Positions 1-14,118 of a stretch of 64,000 nucleotides of DNA are shown piece after piece. Every line of letters begins with the position of its first letter. Within the stretch, counting starts at the first letter, position 1. The notes beneath the pieces are model-generated. The model saw nothing but the letters and a program-made list of their open reading frames with translations, was not told the DNA's origin and searched no databases. This DNA is from Bugula neritina (lineage: Eukaryota; Animalia; Bryozoa): contig OZ037765.1 in assembly GCA_964035545.1 (NCBI GenBank), positions 14,022,698 to 14,086,697 of the forward strand, given 5' to 3'. The position numbers and the translations under genes were made by a program.

Positions 1-99
1 ACATTTTAGAAATAAAATGATACTATAATGAGTAATTAGAAATATAGCAAACATCAAAGACATATTTAATATTTTATCAAGCAAATTGGCCAAACTTAC

Positions 100-3000
100 T
101 CCTGATCTCGCATTTCAGCAAATTTACGAACATAATGTCGTTTTTGGAGCTTTCCACAAGATGGTCACTTCCGTACCAGCCACAAGAGCAAGAGCCATTT
201 ACTTCATCCTGTAACATTTTAGAGATTTATCTACAGACATTATAATTCCCTGTATCTATGTGCACCTTACTTGCTATACTGTTATACCATTAATCTATAT
301 CTCATTACAGTACAAGAACCATTGCTCTAGATATGAATAATGAAATCATTAAATCTTTAAAACAACAAGCCTGTATGCTTTCATACTATATCTATTACCA
401 CTCACCATTTTAACACCAGCGAAATAGCGTCCTGGCTTGGCTATTTCGTATCCTATCCACTTGACGATGCCCGGCTGATTGTCAATGGTGACTGAACAAC
501 CCTCAGTGATTTGACTAGATATTGGTGTAATTCTACATACTAAGCTGGACTGTGAACTAACGTCCTGTTTAATATCCCTAGATCTGGCCGGATCAGCTCC
601 GTTTACTCTTTGATTTTCAGCAGCATGTTCAGCTGGCGGAATGTGCGTTACATGAAATGGAGATGAGTGAGTGTCTGAACCCTGACTGGAGACATCGCAA
701 CTTCTAGGGGAGATGCTGCCAACTGAGCTCCGCCTCTGATTGGCAGCTGTCAATAGATTAGACCGTTCATTAGGCTGTGCAAAGTAGGAGAAGTTGTTTA
801 TCAACCAAATAAACTTTGAGCAGTAAATTAGGGCAACAAAGCACAACCGTCTCAATTTTGTTGTTGAAAATGTTGGTCAGTTTTCAATGTATAATTCTTA
901 TCATAGTAATGAGAAAATAAGAGTGGACACAACATTTGATCAAAGCCAGCATATTCTGCACTTCATGAAGCATAGTCAAGTCTACATTTAATATACTTGT
1001 GTTAGTTGAAGCGCCACACGACCCACAGCCACAATGCGAAATAGTATGACGGTTGTTTTGAACTGATGAGTAAAACTGGGGGCATCTATCAAACTATGTA
1101 CAACTGATAATTTAATGTCAGTTTTAATAATAAATTATGAATAAAATACCAGTAACAATAATAAATAACAAATGTGAATAAAAAATAGAGTTTAAAACAT
1201 GTATTTGTATTTGACCCAGACAGTAGAAAGCTCTAGAAAATGTAAGTGGACAGCATACGCACTGGGGACGAGCAATCCAGTGTGGAGTTTTGTATTTCTC
1301 TTCTGTGAAGCTAATGGAAACCGTTCAGGGGAGGAGCTATATCGCTGTCTACATTCGGTGCTGCTACTATTGCTGCTACAATTTTCATCACACCTCTCTA
1401 TAGTGGACGGTTTACTGTTTCCATTACACATTTCAGTTTGTCTAGTAGCTGAAGAGGCACTTTGTTCTACAAGAGAGCCGTCAGTGTAAGGGGAGACAAT
1501 CACAGAGAATCAGACCAGAAGATACACCATGGGACTTCCATTTTAAAACTATTTTGTTCCGCCTTCAGATAAATTTTCATTTTTATATAACTATAAAACA
1601 TTTATAGATATTTGATTTGGTACAAAATATAATTGTAATCTAAAACTGTGAGGTGTAATTAGTATATTCCATGTGAGAACATGCAAACAATACATATGTA
1701 CATTTCTTTACTTTAAAGCAATCAAAAGTGTTCAATCTAGTAAACATAGATTGCTTTAGTGAGCATAATCTACAGTTATGGTGAAAATTGTACATCAAAT
1801 AACACTCCTAATGTGCTGAAAACATTTTCTAGTATTTGACCTTTTCCTGATGAGAAGTTGTTAAATATGCCATCCTTATCAAGGTACCAGCAAGTAACTC
1901 TCTAACATTGGTATGCTTTTCTACTACTTTATTGTGAAATTTGAAATAAATCTTGTTAAATGATACATAAGACTGAGCTATGATTCAATATTGGCAAGTA
2001 GTTTATAAACTGAACATCTTAGTAACCAACCATAATCAAAGGAATGTAGTAACTAGTAGATGAACTCATATGTGCACTTATTTTGTAGTAGGCATTCAGT
2101 GCTATAGTAGAGTGCAACTAATTCTAGTACTGATATTATCTAAGTTTATTAAGGTTTTATTAATACTTTATGTCAACAATTACTCTCAACTTCATAAATT
2201 ATTTGATATTAGCTAAAATATAACCAAATAACTTTTATATCATTGACTTGAATATTATAACTTGAATCATAGCCCAAACAATAGGACGCATTTCTTTAGA
2301 GGGGATATTGCAAATATGTACATGTGAAATAGCTTATGTACTTGACACAGTTATTAATATATTTTAAATAGTAGAAATATTCAACTTCTAGCCCTACAAT
2401 ACAATAGAAGCCAAATTATAAAATATACATGCAATAAAAAAGTTATATATAATATATTGATGGCTGTAGATCATCTCAAATTTTAAGAAGATGACTGGAT
2501 AAGGAGATGAACTATGGGATCACAGCCAACATATTTGTTCTATCATAGAATTGGCAAGCAACAATATTTTTTATCTCAACAAAGCAGTGAGAAAATGATA
2601 TGATGACACATTGATATGTAATTATTATCTAGCTATAAATGTATTGCATTGTAAATCTAAATCTAAAAATCAGTTACTTCTGATATTACACTTGCATTTC
2701 AATTATTTTTGAATTGATCATTGGCAACACTTAAAAAGGCTATTTGGTATTTACTTTATAATTTCCTAACAGATCTTAAAATTATTCCTTTCACCAGTCC
2801 TATTCTCAATACATTGGGAGAGGGTGAACTGACTGAGGTTGAAACAATCAGAATGTATGAAGCTGAGGGTGACAGGACCAGGACCAGCTAGTTGAACCAG
2901 GACCAGCTAGTTGAACCAGGATCAGCTAGTTGAACCAGGACCAGCTAGTTGAACCAGGACCAGCTAGTTGAACTAGGACCAGCTAGGTGAACCAGGACCA

Positions 3001-4725
3001 GCTAGTTGAACCAGGACCAGCTAGTTGAACTAGGACCGGCTAGTTGAACCAGGACCAGCTAGTTGAACCAGGACCAGCTAGTTGAACCAGGACCAGCTAG
3101 TTGAACCAGGACCAGCTAGTTGAACTAGGACCAGCTAGGTGAACCAGGACCAGCTAGTTGAACCAGGACCAGCTAGTTGAACCAGGACCAGCTAGTTGAA
3201 CCAGGACCAGCTAGTTGAACTAGGACCGGCTAGTTGAACCAGGACCAGCTAGTTGAACCAGGACCAGCTACTCACCATGTTCACCATCATACTCCTGATA
3301 CAGCCCTATGATAGGTACAAGAGAGGCATGGCCTTTCTTAGCATGGAATAACCTCTTCTTCTGATAGAACCCTGTGCCTTTTCCCACTGGGTTGTCCTAT
3401 GAAAACATGTCACAAGATTAAAATCAATCCAAATACTACAACAACTAAATACAACAGAGATAAGGTTATTTGGCATCATGGTGTAAAAATGAGATAAACA
3501 CAAGACAACATACTTCCAGAAATAAAATAAGTAACTAGTAAACCATATATACTTAAATCCACAAATAAAAAGAGTTTCTTAATAAAATCTAAACCATCAA
3601 CTTACAAACTCAACGCCAGCCAAAAGCTCGCCATCACCATCTGGCAGAGTGCCAACCCATTTAACCGTCGCTCTCTCATATCCGTCTTCACCGGCCCAGA
3701 TGACACGGTCATCTATATGCACCTCAGAGACAGGGTAGAGAGAGAGCTCGTCTAGACTATCATCTCCCTCATCTAATGACCCCTCGCCAGGTGTGTCACA
3801 AAAATCCACTGTCTCCCACTTCTGCATAGGCTGGCCATCTCGTGACTTGTGCACTATCACCTCATCAGGCGAGAGCTTCTGTACCCTCCCAGGTCGCCTG
3901 TCTCGCTTCCCAGGCCGTTCTGAGGGAATGAGTTTCACACTTGATATATTTACAAAGACTCCATCGTTTGGTTCACACGTGAACAGCCGCACACTGTTGT
4001 AAGTTCCATCACAATTTCCACTGCCTCTCTTACTTGGATCCTTTATAACAGAAAAGTTGATTAAGTATAAATTATACAGCATTTAAAAACGCCTAGAATA
4101 GTGTTTGAGAACTTGAAGAAACGTTAATCATTGCAAATATCTTTAAACACACATTGAGCTTTTAACTTACCTGTATCTCTACTCCAAAATGAATGCCTTG
4201 CTTATTAGCTATTCTACCTCTCCATCTCACTATGCCTTTACACGCCTCCAGCTTCCTGGTGGAGACAATAACTCTACTATCTACATTAACCAGGCTTATA
4301 TTCTTCATGTGCTCTTCATCTACATACACTTTATACCTCTCCTCACAGTCTGGTATAGCCAGCAGCAGACGACATTGCTCTCCAGTTAGTTCACCAACAT
4401 GACTCTCGGAGGCCACCAACTTCACTTCATCATATTCAATGGAGCACAACTCTATCTTCTGCACTTCATTCACTGCATTTGAAGTAATACCTGCCTTGAA
4501 TGAAGAGACCGTGCCTTTGCTGCCAGAGCTGCCGAGAGAGTTCACCGAGTGGTTGGAGCTGTTTGAGCAACAGTTCTCTTCCCACAAAGAGCCCTTCAGC
4601 GCTCTTTGCTTCGCTAAAAGCTTCTTCTTGCCTGACTTGGCTTGTAAGTCTTTAAGCAGAATGAATTTTTTAGATTCAATTCTAGCGTTATCCAAACTGG
4701 ACTGATGACTGGATGTAGTGGACAT
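100..4725 (-). CDS. CYLD: CYLD-like deubiquitinase, 5' part (three CAP-Gly domains); the USP domain is expected beyond the left edge
   Basis: GT-AG exons 4171-4725, 3606-4040, 3276-3396, ~1216-1466 (donor uncertain), 406-774 and 100-208, with compatible phases. Three CAP-Gly motifs: GIVRWRG..FGVEI/GNCDGTYNSVRLFTC, VKWVG..AGVEF/DNPVGKGTG..LF, and GIVKWIG..FAGVKM. Three N-terminal CAP-Gly domains are the CYLD architecture; the catalytic domain is not visible here. Confidence 0.8.
2878..3270. repeat. 19-bp minisatellite (CCAGGACCAGCTAGTTGAA) x20.7 in a CYLD intron
   Basis: 20 full head-to-tail units plus a 13-bp partial unit, with no spacers. The array abuts the GTGAG of the minus-strand donor at 3271-3275. 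Confidence 0.97.
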
Positions 4726-7700
4726 GGCTTCAGTCTAAGTTACCATAATAGTGCTGAGTGGCATGTGAGATCAGTCATGAGGCATTTAGAAACCTCAGGC
4801 TAGGTAATGCACATAGTTCACCTGCATCTTGTCCACCTGTAACAACAGTAAATTGCATTATATATTCTGGCATAGTATGGCTGAATGATGTTGACCTTAC
4901 ATCCTAATATACAGCAGCAGTATTTTACAGGATTAAAAACTACCAGAAGTTACTTTACACTCTGCTAAGATAAAATATGCCACATTGCTAACTGCAACAT
5001 CTGTTATAGTTAATTATAAGCTGCGTGGATAGGTTTACTGCAAAGTGTACAGCAGAAGAGCACATCAAACAAGTGATCCATTAAATAGCAGAAGTAATAA
5101 TAATGTTCAGATTTTTGCTCTCAGCCAGATAGAAAGAGTGATAACAGTTCACTGTTCACAGTATAGCACCAGCTTTTATAAATAAAGCAGCCAATAACTG
5201 GTAGCTAGTAATAAAATCAACACAACTTTAAATTCCATTCATACAAATGCAAATATTCATGGCGCAAGCCCTTGTCACCAATATTTTTATCTCAAAGTAT
5301 TTTCTTAACACTTTGATTACTGTTTTCTATGCAAGCATTAGCTGTACATGGGAATGTCTAATCATAACAGAAAGACTAGCCATTATACAACAAAAACCAG
5401 CTCAAGTATTTCAAAGGAAATTAGTATAAAAAATAATTTTCTATTGCTTCAAAATACCATTTTACTAACGCACTGCACTATACATCTGAAATATAAGTGC
5501 AAGTTAGATACGTAATAAAAAGTGATCATAGAAATTAAATTTTAACATATCACATTACAGCTAATGTTAGATCAATGCACAGACAAATTGCATAATAATG
5601 TAAATGCCAGTAACCAGAGCTCTGGATGAATACTTGGAGTACAGAGTTTTGCCCAGAAGAGATCAACAGACAGTTGAGACAAGTTAATTAAGCCGGCCAA
5701 TCAAGAACTGAATGACTGTGAGAAAAAATAATAAACACATTTATAGCCCCATGTGCCTGTCAGCTGAATGGAAGTTATTGTAAGAAATATAATCACAAAC
5801 TATAGGCTTCTGATATGTGGCAGGCAGCCCTTCAATAACAGAAACAGCAGTTGATGGCACCACAACTACCGGTTTACCACTATTCAACACATAAGCTGTA
5901 CTGTATAGCTGTGTGAATACTGACCAAACTTGATTTAATGGCATAAAAACATATTCCAACTGAGAGCACTCTATAGTCTATACACGCATGGTGTTGAGTC
6001 ATTAGCAACTTTTTCATACCAGAAAAAGGAAAACTGTGTGCAAGATAAATACTAAACATAAAAAAACTGACTGTACAGAGTTTGTTGAAATCTGTGGGAA
6101 AACCAGAGAATAGAAAGTGCCTTTAATTATCCACTTGCTTTACTACTGAGTACTGACTGAATAAATTTAAAATCAGTAAAAGCTGTATTGCACAAATTTA
6201 CAGTAGTGCTATTAATTTACCATGCCTAGCTTTATACCCAACAATGTTTGTGCAACAAGTTCAAGAGTTGAACAGTGTTTAGAAATAGAGAACTAGGATT
6301 TAGCTTACTTAAATTGTAAAAAATAACAACTGTTTTGCATAATCATAAATGTTTGCTCTAGAAATAAATTTTTCTTCAAATATGTATGTTTATAAATAAG
6401 AAATTCATTCACAGAACTACTTTGTTTGAGTGGACATTGATAATTATAAGAAAAAGACTTATTTTAGATTAAACACAGATTAGGAAAATATTGAGGATTT
6501 AATATATTCTAATTATGTTGCATAATTCATTTTCGTTTGTAAGATCATTTTTACCAGCCCAATTATGGCTAACTGATGTGCAATGTTGCACCCCTGGCTT
6601 GTAAATATGACTTACCTTGAATAATAATTACTACATATGATTTCCTATGAATATAACCTACTGCAGATTTGACTTGCTAAATACTTTTTATGGTTATATT
6701 TTGATGCAATTATGACTAGTTGTAAATGTAACAGGTTCCTGTAGAGTTAGAAATGGCGAAAATATAGTTGAACATCTTTTACTATTTAGAAACGAGTAAT
6801 CTTCGAATACTTTAAAACACGAGTTTTTAGTAAGATACTAAGATTGATAACTGTCAAAAATATAGATTATTGATCAAATCATTCGATTGGTAGGCTATGC
6901 AATTCAAGTTAACCACAAAATAGTCCCAGTGTTAATAACTTTCACAAACTCAATAGAATTGATTTATGATGGGATACTTATTAAAATGACGACTAAGAAA
7001 CAAAGCAGGTAAACAAAAAGCTCATACTTATATACCCACAACATATCTGTAACAGTGTGCTTAAAGTCTAGTAGCCATATGTCATTATCCCTCAACCAGA
7101 CATAACCATAAATAACAATAAAATGAGTAGGTTGCATATTAATCTTAGGCCAGATGGTTGTTAGCTCTTTCTTTTTTTCTTTCTTGTAATAAAACTGAAT
7201 CATTTTAATTTCATAGTTTATAGTTTGACATACCTTCAGGTGTTTGTTGTAACTTTATATAATCAATACTACTCCATTAATCTAACACTAAAAGATAGTA
7301 TAAACTTAAAATAATTATATTGACTAAAATTAGAATCTACACTTAGTAATTTACTATCATACTTAATGATATTCTTTATCTTAATCTGAAATCATTAGCT
7401 AGTTTAGTTGTATAGTAAATGACTCACAGCCTAACTCAGCAACACTACTTCAAAGGCTTTAGGTCTAACAATGAATCACTTACATGCATACATAATTAAA
7501 ATGTGTAATACTAATAGCCAGACTCTTCTAATACATAAATAAATAAATCCTAATTGATGAATTATTCTGCAATAATGAATGATACCAGCAAATATATTAT
7601 TACAATTATTTATACTTAAAGCTATACATAAGTGATAAAATGAATAATTAAAATTAATCATTAACTTCAGCTGTTGCAGCTACCATGTGTGATGACTACA

Positions 7701-7869
7701 TAGGTTATAATAATCTTATAATAATTGCAATAAATATTATCAACGTAATTACCTAAAATAAAAACAATAATGAATACACAAATGGTAATAATGCAAATAG
7801 TAGAAACTTATACTAACTCTAAGTCAGTCATTAACTTATAACCTATAGCTATCCTACTTTCAAATGCAA

Positions 7870-8660
7870 CTCAACCTCGGTTATTGTTACCGTTATTGGT
7901 AGTGTTACTAATTATAACACTACCAGTAACGCTATAAGTATTACTAACAGTAACAGTAACTCAAACTCAAAGTGAGTAACACAAATTGTTAGTATAAGTG
8001 TCACTGTTACTGTTAGTGTTACACTTACAGTTGGTGTTAATCTTACTCTAACTCTTACTCTTAGATTTAGCCTAACTCTAAGTCTAACTCACTTACAGTT
8101 AGTGTTGCAGAGGCAGTTAGTGCTACTATTACTCACAAACTTAGTGTAACTTACGGTTACTCATACTCATACTGTTACAGTTAGTGTTAGCGTTACACTT
8201 AGTCTCACTCTTACTCTTAGAGTTAGTTCTAATTCTTATACTTCCAGTCAATATTATTCACTTACTCATACTTATAGTCATACTGATACTCATATTATGA
8301 CTATGAATCGTACTGATCCTGAATCCTGACAACTGCATAAGCAAGTTTTCTGTCCTAAACGTAAAAGTGAATTTATTTAATTTTATTTTATTTCTATCAT
8401 TATCAGTTACGATTATCAAAAAATAAACCATGTCCATTGTGATTATGATTATGTCTAATAAATCTAATTTAAATTTAATAGTAATACTAAAACTTATACT
8501 TTTAGTGTTAGTAATACTATTAGTATTAGTATTAATATTAAACTGTTATGATTATTAGTATTAACAATATAATGATAATCATAATAATAGTACTACACTA
8601 CTAGTACTAGTAGTAGTAGTAATAGTAATATTAATAATAATATAATCATAAATAATTTAA
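7870..8660. repeat. Degenerate period-6 (AGTAAC/AGTGTT/ACTCTT) and (AGT/AAT)n low-complexity tract
   Basis: Visible hexamer periodicity over ~7870-8310, a local hairpin GTTATTGGTAGTGTTA..TAACACTACCAGTAAC at ~7893-7930, and trinucleotide runs at 8480-8660. Confidence 0.7.
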
Positions 8661-8761
8661 ATTAATATCAATATTATGAATATTAACATATTCATGCTGA
8701 CGCTAGGAATAATCATGATGACCATATAATTAACTGCAACAATCACAATTTAAATTGTACT

Positions 8762-9150
8762 TACAGAAATAACACGAGTGAGTAAAATCAATCTGAATGC
8801 ACGATAAGTTTACTACGATATTTTCAATTTACTCGATAAAATAATTAAAACGCAACTTTACACAAACGAGTCGTTAGACTAAAGCAAAGCTCCGCAAGAA
8901 TGATACAACGGTTTTAGGCTAAAGTGAAAGTGTCCCAATATCCTCTGCTTATTATAAATAATTACACTTTAGCCAGTCAGCTACTTGCTAGCAGAGTTGT
9001 CTTATCTAAGTTAAGTGAAATGGACTGCAAATTGTTCGCAAGACTCGATCGCCTTAGCGTACCATCTACCTTCTATGTTCACCTACAGCAAGCAATGGAT
9101 GTAGAAGTTGCTGTCTTGCTCATATGAAATTAAAACATAATCGGCGAAGA
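8762..9150 (-). promoter_or_regulatory. CpG-enriched region, probable promoter/first non-coding exon of the CYLD-like gene
   Basis: Local excess of CpG in a CpG-poor background. A minus-strand donor GTAAGT lies at ~8759-8764 and an acceptor upstream of the CYLD ATG at ~4837. Confidence 0.45.
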
Positions 9151-9365
9151 TTACTGATTTATATTGTTTTTACATTATTTTCTCAATAACCAGCACCAAT
9201 AACATCAAAACTTGTGTTTCTTTAAAGTTACAACCTTTGTGAAAACCTTTTGTGGGCTAAGGACTTTCTATAATTCTAAATTATAACATGCTTCATCTAA
9301 TTTGCTGTCGAATAAAACAAAATTCAACAAAGTCACCAAAAAAGCTATATTATTGTTTTACTCGC

Positions 9366-10245
9366 CAATGATGTTTAAAGTTGTCTCCTCTGCTACAAAT
9401 TTTATGTCTGACTCTGAATCAAAATCTCTCAGATCGCCCACATCTACAATATTATGTTTATAGTCTCAAACTATGCATTATAAATAGTATTAATGTTTTC
9501 TGAAGCAGTTCTCAAAGCAAGACCGTTTTAATACAAGTCAGTGCTTGTCTTAGTTGGAGTTGTGTTTTCAATATCAACTGTTTAAGTAAGCTTCTATAGT
9601 TTAAAAAAGCTTCTATAACAAGACAGACTTGATGATGTAACCAATATTCTGTAACTTACCATCAACAGCAACATAGTACTGATATGATCTGCTATTATAT
9701 GGTCATATCATCATCAGTTTGTGTGTCAAAACTCAGATCTTCATATTGACTCTCTCTGTAAGAATAAACAGTGTGAACTTTTTATATATACTAGAAATAT
9801 TATTATATAACATAGCAATAGTAATTTAATTAGCAAATATATTATGGAAATTGTGTTAATAGGTTTCACTAATATAATTATATGTGTACATGTTTGATAA
9901 CATAATGATAAATGAATAGTATCATTGAGACTGACATTATGTTATACAGGAAGCTTTCTCTAACATACTAATAAATTTAAATATTTTTATTATGGAGAAT
10001 ATTAGAGATAGTTTTACTGTTGTCTAATTGAAACACTTATATTTAATTCAAACTAGTTGTTCAACTTACAAATTATCAAGGCATTAAACACTCTCTATTC
10101 TGTGGATTATTACCATTGCTAGATGGCCACATGTGTTATGCTAGAAATGTATAACTTACAGAAAGATTGACAGAGTCTCACTATCTGTTGATGTTGAAGT
10201 TGACGCACAGCTAGAAACATGACAACCACAATGATAATCCATCAT
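9366..10245 (-). pseudogene. Orphan gene copy A, exons 1-3 (inverted half)
   Basis: Exons 10160-10245, 9660-9755 and 9366-9443 align with copy B exons 1-3. Exon 2 has two 2-nt insertions giving ATA TAA TAG (premature stop). The exon 3 donor is changed from GT to GC. Confidence 0.88.
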
Positions 10246-11051
10246 CTCAAGTAAATATTAGATTTAGTGAATATATTTTGCAGTTTCTGATATGAAGTTT
10301 GCAGTAACAGCTTTCTCAATCGCAGGTTAAAACAACAATGGCAGAAGACATTGCGTCAAAAGTTGATTGTGGGATGCTATGTAGAAATTCAAATAATTTA
10401 GCAAATTCTATACTCTGTACTGGAGTTATCTTATCTAATAAACAGCTAGAGCTGCCAGAGTCAGATGCCTTGAGTTCATTTAAATATCTATAATGTAAAA
10501 GCATCTGTTAGTTTCATAAAATGCACTCTATATTATAGTCAATATATATGTTGCAAAACATTTTTTAAAGTTTCGAAATTTTTAGAATGTGAAATGACTG
10601 TAGAATGAGAATTTGAATTAGTATGTACATTTTAGGAGAGAACATTGTAGGCCCTATACATATTTTAGAAAACAACACTGTCAACAACCAGCTCCAAGTT
10701 ATGCATCGTTCTTACTGCAACAACCTGCTGACTAGTAAGTCAGATCTCTTACCCATAACAATAAACATAATTTACTAATGGCAAATCTACAAGGGAAAGT
10801 TACCGTGCCCAATTATAACATTATTTACCTACACAGACTTGTTCTGAAGTATCCAACAAACGATGTGATAACTGTGAGTGAATTTATTCTACAACTACAT
10901 TGTGATGACACTATGCATTGTACCTATAGACTATAGTAATATTTTGTTCTATGAGTAAATCACTAGTTATTAGCCTACTCATATCAATTACACATCTCTT
11001 AGTTATACATGATACTACTCTGTCAAATTTGTGTGAAATAAAACTATATGA

Positions 11052-11512
11052 GAAACAGTTCAGAGGCAGGCTGTTAAGTGGGCGTACAGACTGGGTCCTG
11101 TGGAGAGTGTTTCAGAGTGCATGGTAAAAAACAATATAGAACAACTCAAAGGAAGAAGACAACACCTAGATTTGAACTTTCTAAAAAGAATTGAGTTTAG
11201 TTTATATGAAGTACAGCTTATGATTATATTATTTTTTTTAATACTTCATATTTAACACGCTGGGGAACACTCAACCCAAATTTTGGTCTAGACCAATTCA
11301 AGTTTCCTTTTTACAACAGAATGAGACCTATACTTGAAGAGCAAGACCCCAATTCACTAATGTAGCTAAACATTATACTCTCCCTGTACCATTTAAACCC
11401 GTCATGCCTGTTTGATGATTTTAGTATGAAATTTATATGCATAACCATTTAATGCCCTAGGGCATTACACACAAACACACACGCACGCACGCACACACAC
11501 ACACATATATAT
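11052..11512 (+). mobile_element. 5'-truncated non-LTR retrotransposon (CR1/L2-group LINE) 3' end
   Basis: Translates to ETVQRQAVKWAYRL..SVSECM..LKGRRQHLDLNFLKRI..FKFPFYNR, typical of the post-RT C-terminus of CR1/L2 ORF2. It ends in the palindrome AATGCCCTAGGGCATT and a (CA)/(CGCA)/(TA) tail. Confidence 0.75.
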
Positions 11513-12054
11513 AGAAAGATCTATGATTTGCTATAGATTAACTTATAATGAACTGAGCTAGTCTTTTGCTTTGATTTTCGATGGTCTCTCATTTTATTGC
11601 GCTTACAAATTACATCTCCTTATCAAACTACACCCCATCAAAATGACACAATCATGACTGGCAAACATATCAAAAGTATGTAAACGTTACACAAACCTTT
11701 AAAAAGCAACACAACTTTTTGTGACGAGTGAGCAAAATTACAACATAAATATTTGCATTTAACATTTAATATAAATTGTTTCAGAAACTCACTTAATTTG
11801 TTATATATAGCAACCTTTCCATTAGCCCATGCATGTTTTTGCTAAATGGCCATATTTTAAAGCTATAGGACTGCTCTGTGGGCAGATCACTTCTCTGAAA
11901 AAGGCTCTGGGTATAATGCAATTCAAAAGCTTTGCATAAACTCTCCTACACTGCATTATGCCAGCTAGAATATTGCTTCACAGCAATTTTAGTATCATTG
12001 AATATTGATTGCATAATTACCAGAGTATTCATTCATGTGTATGTTTTCATGCAG

Positions 12055-12919
12055 GTGATAAGAATAATAACTGTGACATTGCTAACCTAACTGACTTTGA
12101 AAGTCAGGTTCCAGATCTCTCTAATGTGCCAGAACCAACCACACACCATGGTATGTCATATTCATTAAATAGTCAAGGCATTACATGTCTTGCATAATTA
12201 TTAGCAGTAATTAAAACATAATAGTTTATGATCACAAAATCATGTTGCTCATTCTTACAGAACTTTTCTCTGTCCCATCAACCAGCTATCATACTGAAAT
12301 GAATAGCAACAATAATTTCATCAACTCAAAAGTTGCTTCCGAAACTGACTCAAAAGTTGGTAAGTCATATTTTATAAATTATTATCTTGTATTTTGTTGA
12401 AAATGTATAATCAAATTCATTTTAGTTATAGTATAAATAAAAAGAACAGTTTTGTTTTCAACATTATTGGTTCTCCCCAACTTGAAGGCAACGTGCTAAT
12501 AATTCAGAAAGTTGCAAAAGAAATTAAATTTATATATAGAAATACATTTGTGATTTTAGTGGCTTGTTACAGTTGTGTCTCGATTGTGACAATTACGATT
12601 CTGGTATAAAATAGATATATCATGTTTTAATAGTGTCACCATAATTCACTGGTATATTGTAATATTTCACTTGCATATACATGACTTGCTAATATCTTTA
12701 GATAATGAGAGCAAAGCGTTGATTACTCAAACATTCAGTTCAGTAAAAGAGAAGATCATAACAGTTGATTATCCACAAGTAGAAGATATGGCTACATATG
12801 GATTAAAGAAAAGAATGACAAGTGCTATCACCAAGAAAGTTACAAATATTAGAAAATTGTTCACATTCTGTTTCAAACCAGCAGAACACAGAGAAAGAAT
12901 AAAACTGAGAACAGATTAG
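12055..12919 (+). pseudogene. Orphan gene copy A, exons 4-6 (opposite strand to exons 1-3)
   Basis: Exons 12055-12150, 12261-12359 and 12702-12919 are frame-intact with GT-AG sites and homologous to copy B exons 4-6. No start exon is present in this orientation. Confidence 0.88.
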
Positions 12920-13841
12920 CACTTATTTGCTGCTAAATATTAGTCTGTTCAGTTTTTTTTATCAAGATTTAAACATTCCATATATTATATAGTATAATAC
13001 TGTACTCAAATTATATTGAAATCAATGATTGTTTATAAAGCTGTTAATAGTTCAATTAATAGTCTCTGTATCAAATATTTTTGCCAGGATATATGTAAAT
13101 ATTTTACTAGTTTATGTATAAAAACTACTTAGGCAGAGCCTATAATAGTTATGTTATTGAAATAAATATAATGCCTCATTTTCAATTTACATAATACTTC
13201 TCATTCACTTCTCACTTGTTGCATTTCTAACATCTCTTGCTTGCAGATAGAATGATTGTCTTCCTGTTATGATTTGTAAAATTTGTAGCACATGAACAAG
13301 TCCTTTATCACATTCTTTATTCTAGTGGCAAACCAGTCATTTAGTCAGCTTCTCTGCATGCATAAACATAACCTTAGAATGTAGGATAATTTAGGTATTT
13401 AATGCAAAGAAAACAATATTATTACAAAAAGATATGTCTTATAATATATAATGTATATGATATATATGATATATATGATATAATGCAGCTCAAGTTTTTG
13501 GTTGAAATAAATAAATCACCAATAATGTAGAAAGAATAAGCCACTTCTGAATCAGTTTTCAGCAATACAGGAGCATATTACTCTACAATATACATGCTAT
13601 AAAAGTAATTTCTAAACATGAGCCTGTCATTTCACACTCATTATGCCTAGATAATTGCTTAAAAATGCTGCAGTATCAATTTAAAACTCTTTTTTACAAT
13701 CGTAAATTTAGTTTTTGTGAAAAACTGTATGCTACTCATATAAATAAAGTGTTTTCATAAAGTTCGTAAGTTGTAGCGTGAGTTTTTAAAAACAGCAGAT
13801 GAAAAAGTGCTCAAATTATTATGTGTATAATAATGAGCAAT

Positions 13842-14053
13842 TATATTATTGAAGAAAAGAGCAATTTAATTAGATGTTATTTTATTGCGCTAATAGTAGT
13901 TTCATGCCTCTTCAGCACTGCTCAGGCACATTATTGTAAAAATTAATGTAAAAATTTAAATTCACCAATATTGTGCCTGCAGGAGTGCTGAAGAGGCATG
14001 AAACTACTAGTAGCGCAATAAAATAACATCTAATTAAATTGCTCTATTCTTCG

Positions 14054-14061
<8 letters not shown>
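13842..14061. mobile_element. 220-bp foldback element; each arm has a hammerhead-core-like motif plus AATAAA (probable Penelope-like inverted pLTR remnant)
   Basis: Near-perfect inverted arms of ~95 bp. CTGAAGA-GGCAT-GAAA-CTACTAGTAG at 13988-14013 (+) and its mirror at ~13890-13915 (-). The inverted repeat is certain; the Penelope assignment is inference. Confidence 0.65.

Positions 14062-14116
<55 letters not shown>
14057..14116. repeat. (AT)30 microsatellite
   Basis: Direct reading. Confidence 0.99.

Positions 14117-14118
<2 letters not shown>

Noticed and set aside
1063-1075. CTGATGAG as a hammerhead core (also ~1846 and ~32286)
   Set aside because: No stem II/GAAA partner follows.
2878-3270. 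CRISPR-like array
   Set aside because: Repeats are contiguous with no spacers, in a eukaryotic intron.
9366-12919. Trans-splicing between the opposite-strand halves of copy A
   Set aside because: Exon 2 is frameshifted with stops, so a joined mRNA would be non-functional.
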